39,592 bases of DNA from an uncultured Bacteroidales bacterium (GTDB lineage Bacteria > Bacteroidota > Bacteroidia > Bacteroidales > P3), in assembly GCA_900321975.1 (NCBI GenBank), contig ONYC01000179.1:1-39592 (forward strand). Direction: 5' to 3'. Below the pieces are notes generated by a model. It worked only from the letters and a program-made list of their open reading frames with translations. It had not been told where the DNA came from and made no database searches. Of this stretch, positions 1 to 9,476 are shown piece by piece (position 1 is the stretch's first letter; every line of letters starts with the position of its first letter). The position numbers were made by a program, and so were the translations under genes.

Positions 1-1
1 G

Positions 2-748
2 ACTCCTTCTTTCTTCGTAAACCCGCTCGACGCATACCATGGAGACCTTGGAATGTTCGAACCGAGCGACGTTGTAATGGCCATTTCATACAGCGGAATG
101 ACCGAAGAACTTCTGCGATTCCTGCCTTTGTTGCAACATCGCGGCATACCCATTATCGGGTTGAGCAGCAACCCACGTTCGCCGTTGGCACGTTTCTCGG
201 TGTGTCATCTCAATATCGCTGTCGACCATGAAGCCGACCCACTAGGGCTTGCACCTACCTCGTCAACCACAGCGACTCTGGCTATGGGCGACGCTTTGGC
301 TTGCGCACTCATCAAACGCCGCAACTTCAAAGAGAGTGACTTTGCCCAGTTCCACCCTGGCGGAAGCCTCGGGAAACGGCTACTTTCGCACGTGAAAGAC
401 TATATGGTAACCGCAGACCTGCCTTTTGTGGCTCCTGAAGACAAGGTAAGCGAAACCATTATTGAGATAAGCCGAGCAAAGCAAGGCATAGCCATAGTGC
501 TGGTCGAAGGCAAATTAGCCGGCATTATTACCGACGGAGATGTGCGTCGCGCTATGCAGAACCATCAGGAGCGGTTCTTCTCACTCACCGTGAACGACAT
601 TATGAGTCGCCACCCAAAAACCATATCCCCCGACGCCCAACTCTCCGAAGCCTCGGAAATAATGCGCCACAACAGCATCCACACACTCCTCGTAACCACC
701 CCCGAAAACACGGTCCTCGGCATCATCGACTCATTCAGCTGCTTATAA
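2..748 (+). CDS. kdsD: Arabinose-5-phosphate isomerase, KpsF/GutQ/KdsD family (SIS domain plus tandem CBS); 5' end cut by window edge
   Basis: The frame is open back to base 2 (..NPLDAYHGDLGMFEPSDVVMAISYSGMTEE..). SIS-type motifs GLAPTSSTT and HPGGSLGK are present. Two CBS-like segments follow (IAIVLVEGKLAGIITDGDVRR; HTLLVTTPENTVLGIIDS). Confidence 0.85.
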   Translation, partial: TPSFFVNPLDAYHGDLGMFEPSDVVMAISYSGMTEELLRFLPLLQHRGIPIIGLSSNPRSPLARFSVCHLNIAVDHEADPLGLAPTSSTTATLAMGDALACALIKRRNFKESDFAQFHPGGSLGKRLLSHVKDYMVTADLPFVAPEDKVSETIIEISRAKQGIAIVLVEGKLAGIITDGDVRRAMQNHQERFFSLTVNDIMSRHPKTISPDAQLSEASEIMRHNSIHTLLVTTPENTVLGIIDSFSCL

Positions 749-773
749 AAACTCAACAATAAAACATAAATAA

Positions 774-1466
774 ATGAAGAATATGTACACATTAATATTG
801 CTGTCGGGCGGCACCGGTTCGAGAATGCAAAACGCCGTTCCGAAACAATATCTGCTATTGGCAGGAAAACCTGTCATCATGCACATTCTCGACAGAGTTG
901 ACCGTCTTGAGATGGTTTCGGAAGTCATCGTGGTTTGCACTAAAGAATACGAATCCGCGATTGAATTGATGCTGAAACAATACTGCGTACAGAAACCAGT
1001 ACGTTTTGCACCTGCCGGACGTACCAGACAGGAATCAGTTCTTTCTGGGCTGTCGATGGTTCAAACCGACGATGTAATTGTTCATGAGGCAGCACGTCCA
1101 TTTGTCAAAGTAGAAGACTTCAGAAGATTGATAGATTGCGAAAGCAGGAACGCCATATTCGGTGCCCCGATTCCTTTTACTGTTGTCAAAGGGCACAAGA
1201 ATATTGAAGGCCTGCTTGAGCGTTCGGAACTAATCAACGTCCAACTACCACAAAAGTTTGAGACTGCACTATTGCAGGATGTTCACAATCGTGCTGTCAA
1301 CGACGGAAAGGAATTCACCGAAGATGCAAGCATGGTCTATTATTACCATCCTGAAGAGAGCATCGAAATATGCCTAGGTATGGACTATGACATTAAACTC
1401 ACCACCCGTACAGACATGCTACTTGGTGAAAAAATATACGATGATATTTTTAGAATGAGAAAATAG
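774..1466 (+). CDS. IspD/TarI-family sugar(alditol)-phosphate cytidylyltransferase
   Basis: N-terminal LLSGGTGSRM..PKQY, VHEAARPF, VQLPQKF, TEDAS and GMDYDIKLTTRTDM match the IspD/TarI signature blocks. The next gene starts 4 nt after the stop. Confidence 0.8.
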   Translation: MKNMYTLILLSGGTGSRMQNAVPKQYLLLAGKPVIMHILDRVDRLEMVSEVIVVCTKEYESAIELMLKQYCVQKPVRFAPAGRTRQESVLSGLSMVQTDDVIVHEAARPFVKVEDFRRLIDCESRNAIFGAPIPFTVVKGHKNIEGLLERSELINVQLPQKFETALLQDVHNRAVNDGKEFTEDASMVYYYHPEESIEICLGMDYDIKLTTRTDMLLGEKIYDDIFRMRK

Positions 1467-1470
1467 CCTT

Positions 1471-2184
1471 ATGACAACTTGTGTTATAACTGGTATCGGT
1501 GCAGGAATTGGCCGTGCCACTGCGATAGAACTCGCACGCAGGAATTATTATGATCGCTATGCATTGATTGGGCGCAACAAGACCGACATAGAACATACAC
1601 GTGATTTGATGGCCCAATACGTCCCAAAAGATGCTCTGAATGAATATTGGGCTGATTTGTCAAACACAGACGTCATACCGGCATTGGTCGAACAAATCAA
1701 CAATGAGCAGAGAAACATATCGGCTCTACTCAACATTGCCGGATACACAGACCCGCAGCCTCTGTTGACAACATCCATTGAAAGTTTCGAACTCACATAC
1801 CGTATTAACGTATTTGCACCATTTGTGCTTATGCGAGAGTGTGTGAAATATATGAGACAGAACGGCGGCAAAATCTTGAATGTCGCCTCCACTGCCGGCA
1901 TGACCCCACGTCCAGGGTGGTTAAGCTATGCATCTTCGAAAGCCGCACTTATCTCCATGTCGGAAACACTGACAGCAGAATTGGCAGAATATGGTATTAT
2001 GGTCTACTGCGTATCTCCGGGCAGATGTGCCACCAAGCTGCGTCGTCGCTTGGCTCCAGACGAAGACCCGACTACAATCATGCAACCAAACGAAGTGGCC
2101 GAGGTCGTTTGCAACCTCATTAACCCAGAAGAGCGTTGCCTCGATGGCCAAAATATCATCATCAGGAAGCAAATGAAGAAATAA
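1471..2184 (+). CDS. Short-chain dehydrogenase/reductase (SDR), candidate pentulose-5-phosphate reductase partner of the cytidylyltransferase
   Basis: It has the Rossmann motif TGIGAGIGRA, NVASTAG and the catalytic YASSKAAL (YxxxK). It is tightly packed between the IspD-like and TagF-like genes. Confidence 0.8.
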   Translation: MTTCVITGIGAGIGRATAIELARRNYYDRYALIGRNKTDIEHTRDLMAQYVPKDALNEYWADLSNTDVIPALVEQINNEQRNISALLNIAGYTDPQPLLTTSIESFELTYRINVFAPFVLMRECVKYMRQNGGKILNVASTAGMTPRPGWLSYASSKAALISMSETLTAELAEYGIMVYCVSPGRCATKLRRRLAPDEDPTTIMQPNEVAEVVCNLINPEERCLDGQNIIIRKQMKK

Positions 2185-2190
2185 ACAAAA

Positions 2191-3537
2191 ATGTCGCTGA
2201 TTGCAACTTTAAAAAAAATGAATGTGGAGTCTCCTCTATTGTATGAATTCCGCATTCTATTCCATTATCCAGATGTAATACGCACTCACGTCCCGTTCCT
2301 CTACCGCTGGTGGATCAAACAAAGTCGTAAAAGAACCATGATAGGCGCACAAAGCCTCCAAGGGAAGAAACGTATCGACGTTGCCTTCATCTTGGCCGTA
2401 CCTGGAACATGGAAACTCGACTATGTTTTCAAGACCATGCAGAAGAGTGATAAGTATCACCCCTATGTTGTAATTATCCCCTACACCGTCTTCAAAGACT
2501 ATTCTGAAGAAGAGAATGAAAAGACGATTCGCCGTACAGAAGAGTTTGTTAAAGACCGTGGATTCGAATATGTAATTCCGCGAGATGAGAAAACCGGGAA
2601 ATGGATTGACATCAAGAAAACCCTTAATCCAGATATCGTATTCTTTACATGTCCCTATAAGGACATGGAACGCAAATACCATGCCTACCATTTTGTTGAC
2701 AAACTGACCTGCTACGTGTCGTATGGTTTCACGTCAATGAAACTGTTTAAGAACAACTTTGACAAGTTGGCAATCAATATGGCCGGCTGTTATTTCTTAG
2801 AAACTCCTGTTCACAAACGTTTTGCCCAACAATACAGCCATGCACGTGGCCGCAACTGCTATGTTACAGGATATCCCGGCTGTGAGGTCTATCTCCGCGA
2901 CGATTATCTGCCCCAAGAGGTGTGGCGCCCTCAGGAGCACCCTAAAAAACGCATTATCTGGGCTCCCCACCATACCATCGACGGCACCTTTAGCGTCTCT
3001 ACTTTCCTCGACGTGTGCGACATAATGCTTGATATTGCCAACCGTTACTCCGACCGTGTACAATTTGCCTTCAAGCCACACCAACTCCTCAAATTCAAAC
3101 TAATAACAATATGGGGTGAGGAACGCACAAATAACTACTATCGCCAATGGGAACAGTTGCCCAACTGCCAACTAGAAGAAGGCGGCTACATCGACCTCTT
3201 CATCGGCTCCGACGCCATGATGCACGATAGTTGTAGTTTCACTACGGAATACCTTTACCAACGCAAACCAGTCATGTACTTGCTCAAAAATAACCCGCAG
3301 GACGTATTCAACGACTTCGGGATAATGTCGTTCGAGCAACACTATCCTGGCCGCACACGCGAAGACATTGAGCACTTCATCGAAGATGTTGTTCTCGCCG
3401 GCAACGACCCGATGAGGGAGGGTCGCGAGCATTTCTTCAAAGAATATCTTGGGCCGTATAAAGGCAAACTACCGTCGGAGAATATAATGCGTGTGATAGA
3501 AGACCTTATTGCGGGAAAAGACGAAAACGCACAATAA
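2191..3537 (+). CDS. CDP-glycerol/CDP-ribitol polyol-phosphate transferase, TagB/TagF family
   Basis: The C-terminal half has RIIWAPHHT (compare ..YAPT.R), FKPHQ (catalytic His region) and LFIGSDAMMHDSCSFTTEYLYQRKPVMYL (compare sD.LITDYSS..fdf....KP). The start could instead be the downstream Met at 2218. Confidence 0.7.
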   Translation: MSLIATLKKMNVESPLLYEFRILFHYPDVIRTHVPFLYRWWIKQSRKRTMIGAQSLQGKKRIDVAFILAVPGTWKLDYVFKTMQKSDKYHPYVVIIPYTVFKDYSEEENEKTIRRTEEFVKDRGFEYVIPRDEKTGKWIDIKKTLNPDIVFFTCPYKDMERKYHAYHFVDKLTCYVSYGFTSMKLFKNNFDKLAINMAGCYFLETPVHKRFAQQYSHARGRNCYVTGYPGCEVYLRDDYLPQEVWRPQEHPKKRIIWAPHHTIDGTFSVSTFLDVCDIMLDIANRYSDRVQFAFKPHQLLKFKLITIWGEERTNNYYRQWEQLPNCQLEEGGYIDLFIGSDAMMHDSCSFTTEYLYQRKPVMYLLKNNPQDVFNDFGIMSFEQHYPGRTREDIEHFIEDVVLAGNDPMREGREHFFKEYLGPYKGKLPSENIMRVIEDLIAGKDENAQ

Positions 3538-3766
3538 AATAGGAAAACTATATACCTTTTGACCTAAAATGTTGTTTTTTTTTGTGCATTTTTGACTCGA
3601 AAATTGCTCAAAAGATACTTGTTAGCTAGGCTTTGATAAGGTATCAATACAAAAACACAAAGAATAAATGCCTTATTGTAAGCGAGTTAATAAAACCAAC
3701 ACAACATTAGATAAAAGAAACTGAAGATTTGGTATACCGGTATACTCGTATATAGTTCTATAAAAA

Positions 3767-3789
3767 AGAGGAGCCGAAATGGCTCCTCT
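3767..3789. terminator. Bidirectional rho-independent terminator between convergent genes
   Basis: A 9-bp stem AGAGGAGCC/GGCTCCTCT with loop GAAAT is flanked by an A-run upstream and a T-run downstream. It abuts the stop of the minus-strand glycosyltransferase. Confidence 0.7.
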
Positions 3790-3791
3790 TT

Positions 3792-4886
3792 TTAGTCTTC
3801 CAGCACCACGCGGAATTTGTCGACCATGCGGGCGGAGGAATATTGATTCTCGAATATCTTACGACTGTAGGCGTTGAAACGGGGGCGGGGATGCTGACAG
3901 AAGTCGTTGATGGCATTCACAAACTCATCGGATGTCAGACAAGATGCACCGGCTTTATTATAGTCAAGTTCGTAGCCACTCCACGACTCAGGGGTACCGA
4001 TGATATTCTTGCCGTACATCAAGCTCTCGCAGGTCTTCACCTTCATGCCACTGCCTTTAAAAATGGGCAACACCATGATATCAGCAGCCTCAAATACCGA
4101 TTCTAAATCAGGCACATTGCTCAACACCTCGATATCGGGACGCATCCAGTCGGCCTCCTTGACCTTCTCCATACCCTTGCCTACTATCTGCATACGGATA
4201 TCCACTTTCGGAAGTACATTGCGCACAAACCACTCAATTCCTTCGACATTAGCGGGGAAAAACGAACCCAGGAACACGCACAACGGCCGTACGGCCGTAA
4301 GTTCCTCAGGATAGGAATCCTTTTGATAACGGTCGACAAAGGCTATAGGTATAAGTTGATCGGCATGACGACCATATCGGTTGAACAAATCTTCATCATC
4401 GCGCCTGGAGAGGGCTATGGTGCGGTCGGCAAATCGACAACTCCAACGGTCGTTACGGTCGGCACAATGTACCACAAGCCACCGCATTGGATTCAACTTA
4501 TTGGAATATTTGGCCGAAAAATAGACGCGTTCCACATTATGGAAGAAACAAACCACGCGGCCTTTATATCCAGTTTCTTTCAAGCGTTTGGCTATGATAC
4601 CGAACACCGAACGGTCGACAAAGACAACATCATACGCCTGTGCTTTACACACTATCTCGCGAACACGCTTCGGAGTGAGGCCGAAATAGTAGCCGAACGG
4701 CATATAGAGCACTCCCCGCACGTATTCCAACAATGTGCGATGATGAGCCTCGTCGTGGATAAAATAGGTATCCACGTTGCCCTCACCTACAATCTGCTGC
4801 AGCACATGGCGGTTCAACTCGCTGGCTTTCTCACCGCCCTCGGGCACCCCAAGGGTTTTCTTATAGCGTATGACCAGTATCTTCAT
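3792..4886 (-). CDS. Glycosyltransferase, GT1/GT4 (GT-B fold) family
   Basis: The C-terminal half (ADIMVLPIFKGSGMKVKTCESLMYGKNIIGT) fits the GT-B sugar-donor domain. Its start overlaps the upstream YfhO-like gene by 4 nt. Confidence 0.75.
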   Translation of the reverse strand: MKILVIRYKKTLGVPEGGEKASELNRHVLQQIVGEGNVDTYFIHDEAHHRTLLEYVRGVLYMPFGYYFGLTPKRVREIVCKAQAYDVVFVDRSVFGIIAKRLKETGYKGRVVCFFHNVERVYFSAKYSNKLNPMRWLVVHCADRNDRWSCRFADRTIALSRRDDEDLFNRYGRHADQLIPIAFVDRYQKDSYPEELTAVRPLCVFLGSFFPANVEGIEWFVRNVLPKVDIRMQIVGKGMEKVKEADWMRPDIEVLSNVPDLESVFEAADIMVLPIFKGSGMKVKTCESLMYGKNIIGTPESWSGYELDYNKAGASCLTSDEFVNAINDFCQHPRPRFNAYSRKIFENQYSSARMVDKFRVVLED

Positions 4887-7363
4887 TCTTTCTTCTTGCG
4901 ATAAACCATGAATATGGCGGCACCTATCAGCAATATCAGCACTACCGAACCAAGAATGGTAACCACATTCATCTTATGGAACAAAGGAGCTTCGTTCTTG
5001 AATTCAATCACGTGGTCGCCAGCGGGGATAACCATACCGCGAAGAATGTAGTTGACTCGGAAGTATTCGGCAGGCTTGCCGTCGATATAGGCGCGCCAGT
5101 CAGGTTCATAGTATATCTCGCTAAATACCGCTATCTGTTCGTCGCTGGTGTGGGAAGTATATTTCAGGTAGTCGGGATTGTAGGGCTTCTGGTGAACCAT
5201 CTCGATGTGGTCAGTGCTGTCGAGAACACTCTCATTTTCAGGTAGTGCAAACTCCTCGGTATTGATAACCGCTGTGGTGGCGGGGTTGAAATCGTTGAGA
5301 GCTAGTATCTCACCGTTGGCGTCGGTAACAGGCTTAACTTCCTGAACGAACCAGCAGTTGCCTAATGCGTCAGGGTTGCGCTGCACCTGACCACCCTGCA
5401 CCACCACATAACGGGCGTTGAGCATGTTGAGCACCTGCATATTGATATGGCGCGAGAAGTAGAAATCGATGATGTCCTGATAGCGGCGCATCTTCACGGC
5501 GCTGTAGCCACCAACCTGGTGGTGGAATGCGGCAGGCTTCGAATCGTTGAATGTATTGGTGGCAAGGTTGAGCACACGGTAGTCCTCGTCGCCGAACTGG
5601 GCCGCCAGCTGGTCGATATCATAATCCCACTGGTCGGGACGCAGTTTCAACTGCTGCTCGCTAACGTAGTTCTTCTCGTTGAGGTAACGGCGGTCGATAC
5701 CCCAGAGGTCAATAACAACAAGCACCATAAGCACAAGCGACACAACTGTAGCAAGGTTCTTTTGTTCTTTCTTTCCGCTGCGCCAGACGTAGAGCCACAA
5801 AGTGCCAAAGGCCAGCACCACAAAGAGCAGGCTGCGCCACGAGTCGGCGGTGAACAGGTGTTTACGGTCCTCGATGAAGACATTCTGTATCTGGTTCCAC
5901 TGGGCACCATACTGACCCGCCATCTGGCGGTCGGCGGCACCGCTATAGTCAAATCCACCGCTGACCAAGATGCCAACCAGGATTATGGCTGCCGTAATTC
6001 CACCGGAAATGTACAATGCCAACTGTTTGCTCTTCAACGGAACCTCCTTGTCGAACAATTGTTTCAAGCCCAGCATACCCAACAGCACCATTGTTACATT
6101 GGCCAACACAAGGCTCATACTGGGAGTGCGGAACTTGTTGTACATCGGCAGGTGGTTGAACAACCACTCGTTGAACGGCATCAAGTTGCGACCCCACGAC
6201 ATAACGATTGCCAATATCGTGGCCGCCAGCAGCCACCAGCGTTCCGGTCCTTTGACCAGAATGAGGCCCATGATAAACAAGAATATCACGATAGAACCGA
6301 AATAAACGGGACCGCTGGTGAAGGGCTGCTCGCCCCAATAGAGCGGCATACTCTGCTGATGAAATGCTTTGTAGGAAGCACTCTCGGTGCTCACCGGCTC
6401 GCTGCTGCCTCCTCCCATAGCACCTGGAACAAGCAGCGTATAGGTCTCCCCTACTCCATAGCTCCACGAGAAGGCATAGTCGATATCCAAACCGCTCTTC
6501 TTACCGCTAATTGAGGCGGGTTCGCCATCGTGGTAAAGGTCTTCGGGGGTAACGGTGATAGCGTTGCCGCCACGCATGGTATATTTGGCATACTGCTGGC
6601 TAACCATCAGAGCACGTGCGTTGCAGGCGAAAGCAAGTGCACAACCCAAAAGGAGCACACCGACGCCCCATGCAAGTTTCGGGAAGTATTTGTCCTTGAG
6701 GGAATAGATAAGATGGGCCACTCCCAACAGCACAGCACCGATAATGGTGTAATAGGTAATCTGTATGTGGTTGAAATTAAGCTGCAATGCGAGAGCGAGG
6801 GTAAACAAGATACCGCCCCAGAGCCAATCCTTACGCTTGTCTCTGCCCTCTTTCGGCTTGCGCATGCAAAGTATCATACCGGCAAAAATCGGCGCCATCA
6901 TAGCCATACACCAAGCTTTGGTGATATGGCCGGCTTCGACGATAATGATATTGTAGCTACCCAAGCCGAACGCTAACGCACCCAGCAATGAGAGCCACGG
7001 AGAGCATCCAATGACTAAAAGAGCCACATAGAAGCCTATCAGATAGAGGAAAAGCACACCCACACTGCGGCCGAGCCCAATAAATTCGAGGTTAACAAGT
7101 TTGCGCAACGGCGAAACGACGCTCTTCATCGGAGGGTTGCCGCCCACCTGATAGATAGGCATACCGCCGAACATCGAGCTGTTCCAAAGAGCATAGTCGC
7201 CGGTTTTCGCATGAAAATCCTTTGTTTCCTTAGCCATAGCCTCGAATTTCTGCGTATCACCCTGATACATCGCCTTCCCGCTCAAAACCGGCGAGAAGTA
7301 GATGCAAGCGACCGCAAACATGGCCACAATCAATCCTAAATGAATCCAAACATTCTTTTTCAT
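4883..7363 (-). CDS. Large polytopic membrane protein, YfhO-like (GT-C-like) family
   Basis: The 826-aa protein has many hydrophobic segments over ~550 aa, a soluble C-terminal domain and a final TM. The N-terminus (FSPVLSGKAMYQGDTQKF..WNSSMFGGMPIYQ) resembles Bacteroidota YfhO-family proteins. Confidence 0.6.
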   Translation of the reverse strand: MKKNVWIHLGLIVAMFAVACIYFSPVLSGKAMYQGDTQKFEAMAKETKDFHAKTGDYALWNSSMFGGMPIYQVGGNPPMKSVVSPLRKLVNLEFIGLGRSVGVLFLYLIGFYVALLVIGCSPWLSLLGALAFGLGSYNIIIVEAGHITKAWCMAMMAPIFAGMILCMRKPKEGRDKRKDWLWGGILFTLALALQLNFNHIQITYYTIIGAVLLGVAHLIYSLKDKYFPKLAWGVGVLLLGCALAFACNARALMVSQQYAKYTMRGGNAITVTPEDLYHDGEPASISGKKSGLDIDYAFSWSYGVGETYTLLVPGAMGGGSSEPVSTESASYKAFHQQSMPLYWGEQPFTSGPVYFGSIVIFLFIMGLILVKGPERWWLLAATILAIVMSWGRNLMPFNEWLFNHLPMYNKFRTPSMSLVLANVTMVLLGMLGLKQLFDKEVPLKSKQLALYISGGITAAIILVGILVSGGFDYSGAADRQMAGQYGAQWNQIQNVFIEDRKHLFTADSWRSLLFVVLAFGTLWLYVWRSGKKEQKNLATVVSLVLMVLVVIDLWGIDRRYLNEKNYVSEQQLKLRPDQWDYDIDQLAAQFGDEDYRVLNLATNTFNDSKPAAFHHQVGGYSAVKMRRYQDIIDFYFSRHINMQVLNMLNARYVVVQGGQVQRNPDALGNCWFVQEVKPVTDANGEILALNDFNPATTAVINTEEFALPENESVLDSTDHIEMVHQKPYNPDYLKYTSHTSDEQIAVFSEIYYEPDWRAYIDGKPAEYFRVNYILRGMVIPAGDHVIEFKNEAPLFHKMNVVTILGSVVLILLIGAAIFMVYRKKKE

Positions 7364-7386
7364 ATCTTCTTTTCTATTTTCATTCT

Positions 7387-9363
7387 TTATTTTTTCATCG
7401 TAGGATACTCGACGCGAACGTGATATATGCTCATCATCTTCTGCTTCAGTATCTGACGTATACGGGCAATATCGCCATAGGTCAGCGGGCTGTTGTCCAA
7501 CTGGCCGTCCTTCACCTTGCTGTCGATCAGGCGGTCGATCATCTGGTCGGTAGCCTCTTTGGTGTGCGCCTTAAGACTGCGACAGGCGGCTTCAACGGTA
7601 TCGACAATCATCACCACAGCCGTCTCGCGCGAATAGGGACGCGGACCCGGATAGCGGAAGAGGCTCACGTCGAAATTGCCGTCGGGATGGCGTTCAAGCT
7701 CTTTGGCGTAAAAATAGCCGGTATATGTGGTTCCGTGATGAGTCCGTATAAAGTCCTGCACTTCGGTGGGCAGATGGTAACGACGTGCCAAATCGAGACC
7801 GTCGGTCACATGACTGGTTATAATGCTGGCACTCTCAGCATAATCCAGTTCGTTGTGTGGGTTGAAGTCCGAGGTCTGATTCTCTGTAAAATAGATAGGA
7901 TTTTCAATCTTTCCGATATCATGATAGAGGGCGCCCACTTTGGCCAGCAAGGCGTTACCACCCAGTTCGCTCACCAGATCCTCGGCGATATTGGCCACCT
8001 GCATCGAATGTTGGAAGGTGCCAGGAGCACGCTTGCTGAGCTCGCGCAAGGCGGGGTGCCCAGTGCTCGAGAGTTCCATAAGCGTGAGGTTGGTGGTCAT
8101 ACCGAACAGTTTTTCAAACAAATAAATCAGCGGGTAGGCCATCAAGGTAAGCAGCGCGTTGAGGAAGAACATGAGATAGCGCTCGGGAGTGATAAGCAGC
8201 AGGTTGCTTTCCTGGCTCAGCACACCGAATGTGTAAATCAGCGAGTAGCTCAAGAAAATCACTACAGCCAGCACAAAGAACTGGCTGCGATGCTCCAGTT
8301 CACGGACTGCGATGATACTCATTATACCCGTAACCAACTGGTAGAAGATAAACTCGTACGAGTTCGGAACCAAGCTTGCAAGGATTATCACCGTGGTCAG
8401 GTGGATATAGAGGGCCACACGCATATCGAAAAAGACACGCATCAGGATTGGCACTATGCATATCGGGACCAGCAGCACCCAAGCATCGTTCACCCTCACC
8501 ACCAAGGCTGTAAATGCGGCGATGAGGATAATCACCACCAACACGAAGGTAACCTTGCGGTTGTCGCCCAGAATCGTATGGCGGGTATTGAGCAGGAACA
8601 GGTATAGTGCCGTCAGAGCCATTGCTGCAAGCATTATCTGACCGAGGAGCTGACCCAACAGACTGTAGTTGTCGGAGAAACGACGGTCGTTCTCTGCCTC
8701 AAGGCTGGCAATCACCTGGGCCTTCTCTTCCGTTACCTCTTCGCCACGGGCCACGATACGCTCTCCAGCAATCACCATAGTGCTGCTGTAGCTCACCTGC
8801 GACAGGCGGGAATCGAGTTCCAACGAAGTACGCGCCTCGTCGAGCACAATATTAGGCAGCAGCAAGCTGTCTCTGAGCATCGACGGCTCGAGGTCGGCGG
8901 CACTGATAAACTCGCGGGCGCGATGTTCGCTGCCCACATTGCCGTCGAGCAAGACTATGCTATGCTGAGAAAGGTCGGCCATACCGTCTGGCATGGCGAT
9001 ATAACCTATGCGGTAGACGCTGTCCATCTGACGGCGCAGCTGCTGCCGTTCGCCGGCAGGGACTTTGTTCAGGCGGGCATAGGCGGCCGTCCGGGCCGAA
9101 TCGTTCACCCGATAGTAGAGTATTGCCTTCTGGCACTCGGCTTCCTGCTCGTCTTTGATTTCGTCCTGCGACTTCATCACAGCGAAATCGAACGGTGCAG
9201 TGAGGTCGGCGTCTCTCCAGATAGCACCCACCTTGTAATCATAGTGCGTACCCTGCCGCGTGTGCGGGAAAATGACCACAATCAGGGTTGCCGTAACCAA
9301 CATGGCCAGCACCCTGTAAAGCAGTGTCAATCGGCGTATTGTACCTGATAAAATATTGCTCAT
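7387..9363 (-). CDS. 7TM-receptor HD-domain phosphohydrolase (PgpH/YqfF-like, HDIG)
   Basis: It has an N-terminal signal-anchor plus extracytoplasmic domain and a 7-TM block. The C-terminal HD domain carries HSMQVANIAE and GALYHDIGKIENPIYFTENQ. Confidence 0.8.
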   Translation of the reverse strand: MSNILSGTIRRLTLLYRVLAMLVTATLIVVIFPHTRQGTHYDYKVGAIWRDADLTAPFDFAVMKSQDEIKDEQEAECQKAILYYRVNDSARTAAYARLNKVPAGERQQLRRQMDSVYRIGYIAMPDGMADLSQHSIVLLDGNVGSEHRAREFISAADLEPSMLRDSLLLPNIVLDEARTSLELDSRLSQVSYSSTMVIAGERIVARGEEVTEEKAQVIASLEAENDRRFSDNYSLLGQLLGQIMLAAMALTALYLFLLNTRHTILGDNRKVTFVLVVIILIAAFTALVVRVNDAWVLLVPICIVPILMRVFFDMRVALYIHLTTVIILASLVPNSYEFIFYQLVTGIMSIIAVRELEHRSQFFVLAVVIFLSYSLIYTFGVLSQESNLLLITPERYLMFFLNALLTLMAYPLIYLFEKLFGMTTNLTLMELSSTGHPALRELSKRAPGTFQHSMQVANIAEDLVSELGGNALLAKVGALYHDIGKIENPIYFTENQTSDFNPHNELDYAESASIITSHVTDGLDLARRYHLPTEVQDFIRTHHGTTYTGYFYAKELERHPDGNFDVSLFRYPGPRPYSRETAVVMIVDTVEAACRSLKAHTKEATDQMIDRLIDSKVKDGQLDNSPLTYGDIARIRQILKQKMMSIYHVRVEYPTMKK

Positions 9364-9383
9364 ATCAACTCGATAATGAATTG

Positions 9384-9391
9384 CAAAGATA
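9384..9391 (-). promoter_or_regulatory. Bacteroidota -7 promoter box TATCTTTG (TAnnTTTG) for the PgpH-like operon
   Basis: The reverse complement of CAAAGATA is an exact TAnnTTTG match about 20 nt upstream of the ATG at 9363. Confidence 0.55.
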
Positions 9392-9476
9392 CATATTTTT
9401 TTAGAAACAAAACCAAAAATGAGAAAATCGGATTATGAGCAATAAAAATAAATTTTGCCGTACAAATAATTTAACG

